Below, one piece after another: positions 1-6,638 of a stretch of 36,632 bases of DNA. The DNA is from a virus (lineage: Duplodnaviria > Heunggongvirae > Uroviricota > Caudoviricetes): IMG/VR virus record IMGVR_UViG_2541047758_000014; one strand, 5' to 3'. The first letter of the stretch is position 1; every line of letters begins with the position of its first letter. Made by a program: the position numbers and the translations under genes. A model generated the notes under the pieces. The model was not told where the DNA came from. It saw only the letters and a program-made list of their open reading frames with translations, and did no database searches.

Positions 1-60
1 GGTATCCGTTCTGCTGAAGTGTCATGGCGTTGATTTTACGGTGACTCTTCGACAGTGAAA

Positions 61-83
61 AGAAAAAAGGCCGCAGAGCGGCC
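61..83 (-). terminator. Rho-independent terminator candidate downstream of the 209..649 gene
   Basis: Hairpin ggccgc-aga-gcggcc at 69..83; on the minus strand it is followed by TTTTTTCT (complement of 61..68). Confidence 0.5.
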
Positions 84-208
84 ATAAACACAAGTAAAAA
101 TCAATAAGTTAGATAATTATCAAAGACTTACAGACACACAAAAACACAGCCAACCACAACAAATAACAGGGATGTGGTCACTTTGTGGATCATATCGCCG
201 CCATAAAT

Positions 209-649
209 TTACTTAATAACAGTAACCACAGCCACAAGCACGGCCATCGCAGACAGGACAATACCTGTGAGTAGCCAGGTCTGATTTGCAAATGATTTCT
301 GAAGTTCAGTACGATGCTCAGCCATCTCAACTTTCAGAGACTGGCGTAAATCAGCCATCTCAGACTTCAGGGATTGGCGAGATTCTGCCATCTCAAGCCT
401 CAACCCTTCGCGAATCTCCAGTACATCAGATTTGGTAGCAAAGGATTCGCTTCTTGTGGTGAGAGTAATCAGGTTGTTTTTGATTTCAGTCACATCACTT
501 TCCAGGCAACTGACCCGCCGTTCAAGGTCGTCATTCATGCCATCACCTCCATCATTACCACTTCCTGTTACTTGGTTGTTGGATACATTATAGGCATTCT
601 CTTTCTTTTTTCTGAACCGCGAAATATGTGCAACATTCTCTGCCATCAC
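209..649 (-). CDS. Hypothetical membrane-anchored protein with 11-residue coiled-coil-like repeats and a C-terminal transmembrane helix
   Basis: 146 aa ORF; repeats LRLEMAESRQS / LKSEMADLRQS / LKVEMAEHRTE; hydrophobic C-terminus TWLLTGIVLSAMAVLVAVVTVIK; terminator just downstream. Confidence 0.55.
   Translation of the reverse strand: MMAENVAHISRFRKKKENAYNVSNNQVTGSGNDGGDGMNDDLERRVSCLESDVTEIKNNLITLTTRSESFATKSDVLEIREGLRLEMAESRQSLKSEMADLRQSLKVEMAEHRTELQKSFANQTWLLTGIVLSAMAVLVAVVTVIK
318..416. repeat. Three tandem 33-bp repeats inside the 209..649 gene, encoding the 11-aa protein repeats
   Basis: Units at 318..350, 351..383 and 384..416, e.g. tcagccatctcaactttcagagactggcgtaaa / tcagccatctcagacttcagggattggcgagat. 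Confidence 0.7.
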
Positions 650-1008
650 TTCTCATCACCCTGCTTGCCTACCCAGTTCATAAAGGCCCGGGCCGAGTAA
701 CGATGAACAAACCCACATCTGTTACAGGTAAGTCGGAATTCATAGTTATGGATATTTTCCCGATCATGTCCCTCATATCCCGGATACCCAGTAAATGGAC
801 CGATATAATCAAGCATAACAAGAGTGCCTAAATCACACTCCTCAGCAGTTTTCGGCTCAGGCCCCACCTCAACAATATTCGTCAAATACATGTACATATC
901 CGTATCGCCACACGACAAACATTTTTCATTCGTAGACGACTCATTGAGAAAACGCGCAAAATTATCGAGCGTTGCCATTCTTTTAAGTTCATCTAAATGA
1001 AACTTCAC
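646..1008 (-). CDS. Hypothetical protein with two CxxC pairs (possible zinc ribbon)
   Basis: 120 aa ORF; CLSC and CNRC motifs; stop overlaps the start of the downstream gene, suggesting co-transcription; no family recognised. Confidence 0.5.
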   Translation of the reverse strand: MKFHLDELKRMATLDNFARFLNESSTNEKCLSCGDTDMYMYLTNIVEVGPEPKTAEECDLGTLVMLDYIGPFTGYPGYEGHDRENIHNYEFRLTCNRCGFVHRYSARAFMNWVGKQGDEK

Positions 1009-1010
1009 TC

Positions 1011-1988
1011 TTAAGCACCTCCTAGTGGATTAAACCTCACCGCATCCTGCAGGTAATCCGGCGCAAGATGGGCATAAATCATCGTTGTCTGAATCTTTGC
1101 GTGCCCCAGAATTTTCTGGAGCGTCAGAATATTGCCGCCGTTCATCATGAAATGACTGGCGAAGGTGTGGCGCAGCGCATGAACAGCCTGGCCGTCAGGA
1201 ACATCAGGTGCGACCGTTTTGATGACATCGCGAACCAATGGATAATCCAGCGTCGGAAACACCAGTTTCCCGCCCCGTTTTTTGATCTTTTCAAACAGGC
1301 TTTCAGAAATAGGAACGGTACGGTTTTTGCTGTTCTTCGTTTTTGAAAAAGTGATTCGACAATGAAGAACACGGCGCTGCTCCAGTGCCGCTACCTCGCC
1401 CCATCGCGCCCCGGTCGACAGAAGGATTTCGACGGCCAGCCGTTCATCGGGATTTTCAGCCAGTGCATCCAGCAACTGAACACATTCAGACTTACTCAGA
1501 TATCCCATTTCACGCTCGTTAACCTTCATTCCTTTAAGGCCTTGAACGGGGTTATCGTTAAGAAAATGGCCGGATGAGATGAGTGCGGTAAACATCGCGC
1601 TTAACGCCCCAATCTCTCGATTTATGGTGCTGGGCTGTATCCCCTGCTCTATCCTGGACACACGTAGCTCGGTGAGCATCGTTGTATTAAGTTTATGCAC
1701 GCACGGGTCATCCATTGCCTCACTCAAGCGCAGCAATTTAAGGCGCGTGTTATGCCCTGACTTCATTAGCTGGCCGTGGTATTTCCACCACAAGTCAATA
1801 AGCACTGACAGCGGACGGCGATCAATGGAGTTTCCTTTCCACTCATTGTTATGCTGTTGCGCCAGCACCCACCGCTCATATAAAACTGCATCCGATTTCG
1901 TTTTAAATTTTTTGCGAATGCGTTTGCCTTTACGCCCCTCAGGACGCATGTCAAGAAGATACCCTCCCGGAATTGATTTTATGCTCAT
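1011..1988 (-). CDS. int: Phage tyrosine integrase (P2-type site-specific recombinase)
   Basis: Track ORF 1011..2138; start placed at the internal ATG at 1988 (MSIKSIPGGYLLDMRPEG...). C-terminal HALRHTFASHF...ILGHAKIQTTMIYAHL matches the tyrosine recombinase catalytic region (R, H-x-x-R, Y). Confidence 0.9.
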   Translation of the reverse strand: MSIKSIPGGYLLDMRPEGRKGKRIRKKFKTKSDAVLYERWVLAQQHNNEWKGNSIDRRPLSVLIDLWWKYHGQLMKSGHNTRLKLLRLSEAMDDPCVHKLNTTMLTELRVSRIEQGIQPSTINREIGALSAMFTALISSGHFLNDNPVQGLKGMKVNEREMGYLSKSECVQLLDALAENPDERLAVEILLSTGARWGEVAALEQRRVLHCRITFSKTKNSKNRTVPISESLFEKIKKRGGKLVFPTLDYPLVRDVIKTVAPDVPDGQAVHALRHTFASHFMMNGGNILTLQKILGHAKIQTTMIYAHLAPDYLQDAVRFNPLGGA

Positions 1989-2037
1989 TCGTGAAACCCC
2001 AGCGTTACAAGACCACCATGCCCCCAGCGCTCCATGA

Positions 2038-2346
2038 TTAGCCGGGCTGTGTGCCAGTCTTGCGGGGTTTTTGAGAAGGCGATGTGCTTTTTGGCCCATC
2101 AGGGGAGAGAGACGGACTGATCTGCCCAGCAGCCTCATTTGTTTTTCCCGTCATAAGCCAATTCATGTACTTAAAAAAGCGAGGGTGATTAACAATCTTG
2201 ATAAGCACTTCGCCCCCTATGTTTTCAATCCGCCCCGTTTCATAACGACGCAAAGTGCCGATAGGCACATCAATCAGGCCGCAAAATTCTTCGCGCGTTA
2301 AATCCTCTGATTCACGAATCACTCTAATTTTTTCACCGATAAGCAT
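2038..2346 (-). CDS. Immunity repressor, P2 C / 186 CI-like HTH protein
   Basis: Start placed at the internal ATG at 2346 (MLIGEKIRVIRESEDLTREEFCGLIDVPIGTLRRYETG... HTH); lies directly upstream of int and divergent from the early operon, as in P2. Confidence 0.8.
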   Translation of the reverse strand: MLIGEKIRVIRESEDLTREEFCGLIDVPIGTLRRYETGRIENIGGEVLIKIVNHPRFFKYMNWLMTGKTNEAAGQISPSLSPDGPKSTSPSQKPRKTGTQPG

Positions 2347-2442
2347 TGACAGTGTTCCTATAAGTACACTAAGCTTGCGCACGAGGTGTACTTATAAGTA
2401 CACCAAGTCACAAACAACCACAGATAGCGCAGGTTATCACAC
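2347..2442. promoter_or_regulatory. Divergent promoter/operator region between repressor and early operon
   Basis: Direct repeats tataagtacac at 2359..2369 and 2393..2403 (34 bp apart) and TTGACA at 2346..2351; resembles the direct-repeat operator layout of P2-type switches. Exact promoter hexamers not resolved. Confidence 0.5.
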
Positions 2443-2721
2443 ATGGCAAAAGTCCTGAACACACACGAACAGGCAGACTTTGAGCGGTTAGCAGCGTTCT
2501 ATCCCTACCGCGATGAGCATGGGTTACCAGTACTTGAAGAAAGCCTGAAAGATTACGCAAAACGTACCAACCAAGCTGTTAACACAGTGAAAAGACAGGC
2601 TGACAGAGGTTCAATTCCCATCAACCAGGATGAAAAGAACTCAAGACGCACAGTAAATCTCTTCGCTCTTTTCCTGAAAACAATCAGGAGCGCAGAAAAA
2701 TACGTGCAGATGACAAAATAA
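2443..2721 (+). CDS. First early-operon gene, Cox/Apl-like excisionase-regulator by position
   Basis: 92 aa ORF, first gene transcribed away from the repressor; assignment by synteny only, sequence not recognised. Confidence 0.5.
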   Translation: MAKVLNTHEQADFERLAAFYPYRDEHGLPVLEESLKDYAKRTNQAVNTVKRQADRGSIPINQDEKNSRRTVNLFALFLKTIRSAEKYVQMTK

Positions 2722-2735
2722 CGAGGTGTCATTTT

Positions 2736-3074
2736 ATGCTGAAGCAACGCCGTAATTTTCGTACCGGAACAGAACGCCACGCTAACCGTTTCACTACCAG
2801 TGCATCACGCAGCAACATCCGCTACAGCCTGAGTGATACACACGCAACGCCGGATGGCTACCCAGTAAAACAAATCGGCGAGCACGCCTGGCTGATTGAG
2901 AAAGCTGGAATCGTGATCCACAAATGCCCACGCAATCCGTTTACCGGAAACCGCATTTTTGCATTGAGCTGCGGCGACAATCAGTTCGGACAGGATTTCA
3001 CATTATACGAAGCACTACGCACGGTTGATCGTCTGCTTCGCGGGCAAAGTTTTATTAAACAGGCTGATTTATAA
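2736..3074 (+). CDS. Hypothetical early protein
   Basis: 112 aa ORF in the early operon, tightly spaced after the preceding gene. Confidence 0.45.
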   Translation: MLKQRRNFRTGTERHANRFTTSASRSNIRYSLSDTHATPDGYPVKQIGEHAWLIEKAGIVIHKCPRNPFTGNRIFALSCGDNQFGQDFTLYEALRTVDRLLRGQSFIKQADL

Positions 3075-3084
3075 CAGGTGCTTT

Positions 3085-3363
3085 ATGACCAAAGAGCATG
3101 CACAAGGTGTATTTATCCGTTTTATTGATTTTCGCGGTGAACTGTTATTACGCGCATCAGCCATTGACGGAGTTGTTCCATCCGAAAAAAACGCAGCTAC
3201 TTACGTTTATCTGAACGGCACGCGATTGTTTGTGGAACTTCCGTACCAGACCGTGCGCGAAATTATTAGCGAAGCTGAAAAAGCACGTCAGGTTAATGGC
3301 GATGAACCCTATATCGAAATTATCTGCATGGATTCAGAAGCTGAAATTCAGAAAGCAGATTAA
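3085..3363 (+). CDS. Hypothetical early protein
   Basis: Track ORF 3025..3363; start moved to the ATG at 3085 (MTKEHAQGVF...) to avoid overlap with the upstream gene. Confidence 0.5.
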   Translation: MTKEHAQGVFIRFIDFRGELLLRASAIDGVVPSEKNAATYVYLNGTRLFVELPYQTVREIISEAEKARQVNGDEPYIEIICMDSEAEIQKAD

Positions 3364-3374
3364 AGGGCGTTGCG

Positions 3375-3617
3375 ATGGGCAAAGAATATAAAACTCTCAT
3401 TAACAAAGCACTTGAACGATTTTATTTTCGCTTAAGTGCATCAGGCGCTCATGCTGAACGTGCAGCCCGTGACTCATTGACCAGGGCAATCCGGAGTCTG
3501 TATGACGTGGCTTTTTACGCTGATGATCTGGATGCACTTAACGAACTTTCCGAGCTGATCTGTGCCGCAGAATGCGGGGAACATATTGAACCGTATAAGC
3601 TGGGGAATATTGCATGA
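3375..3617 (+). CDS. Hypothetical early protein
   Basis: 80 aa ORF, 11 bp after the preceding stop. Confidence 0.5.
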   Translation: MGKEYKTLINKALERFYFRLSASGAHAERAARDSLTRAIRSLYDVAFYADDLDALNELSELICAAECGEHIEPYKLGNIA

Positions 3618-3727
3618 GTATATTTATCTCATGGCTTGTTCTGATTATTTCGGTGGCCTGCGCCATTGGGATTATGCGAATTATTCATTCAGTAAAAAAG
3701 ATTGAACGCTTTTTCACTGGCGAATAA
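3614..3727 (+). CDS. Small hydrophobic peptide (37 aa), possible membrane protein
   Basis: ATG at 3614 overlaps the upstream stop (ATGA); translation MSIFISWLVLIISVACAIGIMRIIHSVKKIERFFTGE; below the ORF-track size cutoff. Confidence 0.3.
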   Translation: MSIFISWLVLIISVACAIGIMRIIHSVKKIERFFTGE

Positions 3728-3813
3728 CAGAGCAAATAAAACCACAGGTTAAATAAGAAAATGTAAAAACAATCCGCATTCGCGGAGGTATTCGCACACG
3801 CCAAGGAGGCGTA

Positions 3814-4017
3814 ATGGCAATTAAGCGATTTACCGTCGTTCGTTTTACCTCCAGAGGACGTGAATACGAAGTCGACGAACGCCTGATTACCACAATCGAC
3901 AAACACCGTTCAGAAAAGGATGCACACCACATCTACCTCACTGACGGCACTTACTTCTGCGCCACCAACGTGGTGCGGGTGAACCTTATCCGACAGGTAC
4001 AGGAGTCATGCAGATGA
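3814..4017 (+). CDS. Hypothetical protein
   Basis: 67 aa ORF preceded by a strong RBS (aaggaggcg) 5-13 nt upstream of the ATG. Confidence 0.5.
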   Translation: MAIKRFTVVRFTSRGREYEVDERLITTIDKHRSEKDAHHIYLTDGTYFCATNVVRVNLIRQVQESCR

Positions 4018-4259
4018 CCATTCTGGACTATATCGCCGCCAATCCGGGGTGTAGCGGTGGAGAAATCGCCGCAGCACTGAATACCCCAACCACAGCTATT
4101 AATGCGGAGTTACGCCGACTCTGGCGTAGCGGTTCAGTCATAAGAAAAGAGCGCAAAACAGGTGGTCGCTTCTCTTACCAGGTAAACCCGATGCCGTTCG
4201 GGTGCGGCAATCCACTTACCAATATGTTTAACCAGTTACTGAAGGAAGCCAGAGCATGA
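4014..4259 (+). CDS. Small putative winged-helix DNA-binding protein
   Basis: Track ORF 4008..4259; ATG at 4014 has better RBS spacing (caggag); sequence resembles small HTH regulators. Confidence 0.45.
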   Translation: MTILDYIAANPGCSGGEIAAALNTPTTAINAELRRLWRSGSVIRKERKTGGRFSYQVNPMPFGCGNPLTNMFNQLLKEARA

Positions 4260-4552
4260 GCATCATCAACCACCAGGAATTACGCGAACTGGCGACTGCC
4301 GTGCAAAGAATACCCCTCCATGAATCACTACCATCTCGCGTGAGCTTACAACCGTCAGTGGTGTTGGCACTGCTGGATGAGTTGGAGCACGCCAGAACCA
4401 CGGCCCCTGCCATTCGCCTGACACTCCATCATGAAATCGCTGATTTCTGCGCAACGCTGGGTTCACCTGGCGAACCGGAAACACCGGAAGCAATACAGCG
4501 CGAGTTATTACAACGCATCAATAACGTTTTTGATTTTTTCCTTAACCAGTAA
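4256..4552 (+). CDS. Hypothetical protein
   Basis: 98 aa ORF; ATGA start/stop overlap with the upstream gene. Confidence 0.5.
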   Translation: MSIINHQELRELATAVQRIPLHESLPSRVSLQPSVVLALLDELEHARTTAPAIRLTLHHEIADFCATLGSPGEPETPEAIQRELLQRINNVFDFFLNQ

Positions 4553-4563
4553 GGGATCGCAGC

Positions 4564-4767
4564 ATGAACAAAAAGACCTGGTTTCGCGCATACATGTGGG
4601 TGCTGGTATGCGTCCTCGTCTCTCTCATTCTGTATGCAGGACTACTCCCCCGAATGATTTCATCAGACAGCTCCTTCCTGGTATTGCTGGGCATTTTCAT
4701 TGCCATGCTGTACCCGGCAGGCGTTGTTCGCCTTTTCAGTAAGTACATCAAGGAAATCAAACAATGA
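4564..4767 (+). CDS. Small two-helix membrane protein, possible partner of the downstream SPFH protein
   Basis: 67 aa; two hydrophobic segments (WVLVCVLVSLILYAGLL and FLVLLGIFIAMLYPAGVV); RBS aaggga; stop overlaps the next start. Confidence 0.55.
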   Translation: MNKKTWFRAYMWVLVCVLVSLILYAGLLPRMISSDSSFLVLLGIFIAMLYPAGVVRLFSKYIKEIKQ

Positions 4768-5594
4768 AGAAATTCAAACTCTTTCAGATTCTCCCGCTTT
4801 TTGCCGCCATCCTGCTGGTTGGCTGCGATCGCGTTGAGCCAGGTAATGTGGGCATCAAAGTCAACAAGCTGGGCGACGACAAAGGCGTTGGCGAAGTGGT
4901 TGGCGTTGGCCGCTACTGGACTGGCTGGAATACCGAGGTTTACATCTTCCCGACCTTCAAACAAATGAAGACCTACGATGAGCCGTTCAGCTTTCAGATG
5001 AGTGACGGCACAACCATCGGCTATCACATCGGCGTGGCTTACAAGGTTGATCCATCCAAAGTTACCACAGTGTTTCAGACCTACCGCAAAGGCGTGGATG
5101 ACATTACCGACACTGACCTGCGCCAGAAGATTGCCGATGCACTCAACCGACTGGCCAGCAAAATGACCACCGATAAGTTTATCGACGGTGGTAAGTCTGA
5201 ACTGCTGGATTCAGCACTTAAAGATATTCAGGAAGAGATGACCCCCATCGGCATTCAGGTCATGAGCCTCTCTTATGTCGGTAAACCGGAATATCCGCCA
5301 ACCGTTATCGACAGCATTAACGCCAAAGTCACGGCAAACCAGAAAACCCTGCAACGCGAACAGGAAGTCAAGCAACGCGAAGCAGAAGCCAACATGTTGC
5401 GCGCAGAAGCTGCCGGACAGGCTGATGCCATTCGCACAAAAGCCCAGGCTGAAGCCGACGCCATTCGTTTACGCGGTGAAGCTCTGCGCCAGAATCCCGG
5501 CGTTATGGAGCTGGAAGCAATCAACAAATGGAACGGCACGCTGCCGCAATACATGACCAGCAACACCGCTGTTCCGTTTGTTCCGGTGAAGTAA
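4764..5594 (+). CDS. SPFH/band-7 (prohibitin/stomatin-like) domain lipoprotein
   Basis: 276 aa; lipobox LLVGC at the N-terminus; central region and Ala/Glu/Gln-rich coiled coil typical of SPFH proteins. Confidence 0.7.
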   Translation: MKKFKLFQILPLFAAILLVGCDRVEPGNVGIKVNKLGDDKGVGEVVGVGRYWTGWNTEVYIFPTFKQMKTYDEPFSFQMSDGTTIGYHIGVAYKVDPSKVTTVFQTYRKGVDDITDTDLRQKIADALNRLASKMTTDKFIDGGKSELLDSALKDIQEEMTPIGIQVMSLSYVGKPEYPPTVIDSINAKVTANQKTLQREQEVKQREAEANMLRAEAAGQADAIRTKAQAEADAIRLRGEALRQNPGVMELEAINKWNGTLPQYMTSNTAVPFVPVK

Positions 5595-5963
5595 TTAAAC
5601 CCGGCCAGTGAAAATCGCTGGCCGGAGCAGTATCAGGATTTTTTTTAGTATGCCGTTCTCACAAAAAAACCGCTTGCCATGCCGCAATCAGTCAGGTTAC
5701 ATTTCCGCTGCACCTCATAAAACGGGTGCCGGGATTTCCACCCCGCTGACAACCAAAGCGCACAACCGCGCCAGCGGTTTTTTTGTGCGTACCGTATCGC
5801 CACGTCTTTTTCGCACACGAATTATGGTGGGGCGTATGGGGCCGACTTCGGTCGGGCCGGGTTCTTTGGTTGCCGGTTGTGGAAACCCTGTACGTCTCAC
5901 CACCCCGAGTTTTCCACCTCTGGATGGTGAGTTTTCAAAACTTACAACCAAAGAGGCCACACC

Positions 5964-6194
5964 ATGGCAAACCGCAAACAGCACCGCGCTATCGCGGAGC
6001 GTCGTCACATCCAGACTGAAATCAACCGCAGACTTTTCCGCGCATTCCGCGTCGCGCAAATCATGCACATCAATATGCTGCATGAACGCAGTCACGCACT
6101 ATCGAACAGCTATTCCGCCTCTGTTTTCAGCTATCTGGCGGATGATCTGCGCGAGCTTCAGCAGCTCATCCAGCAGCAAAACAAACTCCATTAA
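5964..6194 (+). CDS. Hypothetical small basic protein
   Basis: 76 aa ORF with RBS aaagagg 7 nt upstream; sits where P2-type phages carry small genes before A. Confidence 0.4.
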   Translation: MANRKQHRAIAERRHIQTEINRRLFRAFRVAQIMHINMLHERSHALSNSYSASVFSYLADDLRELQQLIQQQNKLH

Positions 6195-6266
6195 TTCCTG
6201 TTCCGGGCCTTTCCTGCACCTTGCGGCGGGAGGCCTTCGCACATCTGTAACAAGAGGATTGCCGCA

Positions 6267-6632
6267 ATGATTCTCGCCAACGACTTTCTTGAATACCTGC
6301 TCAACACAGAACGTGATCTTGCCGCTCGCGTGCGTGATCGTTATGACATGTACCTGAAATCCCTGCCTGTACCGCAGCTCGCTGACGGAAAGATTGTTAT
6401 TGATGGTCGCTACATGATTGACAGCCACGAGGGAAATTACAGGCTTTACCGCATTGAAGGTGGTACTCCGTCCGTTATTGGCATTTACCAGCGCCCATCC
6501 TCTGCAATCGTCGATGTGATTGCCGACAGCATCCGCATCACACATCGCCATGCCGACACAGAAGACACCGTGCTGGAAATTCAGCGGCTGGCTACAGTCT
6601 GCCGCGACACCCTGAATGGCATGACGAAGTAA
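6267..6632 (+). CDS. Hypothetical protein upstream of the replication gene
   Basis: 121 aa ORF with RBS aagagga; 6 bp before the gpA start. Confidence 0.5.
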   Translation: MILANDFLEYLLNTERDLAARVRDRYDMYLKSLPVPQLADGKIVIDGRYMIDSHEGNYRLYRIEGGTPSVIGIYQRPSSAIVDVIADSIRITHRHADTEDTVLEIQRLATVCRDTLNGMTK

Positions 6633-6638
6633 ATCACT

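Noticed and set aside
5608-6270. 220-aa plus-strand ORF spanning the non-coding gap
   Set aside because: Ser/Arg/Thr-rich low-complexity translation, no RBS, and it overlaps the better-supported small gene at 5964..6194 in another frame.
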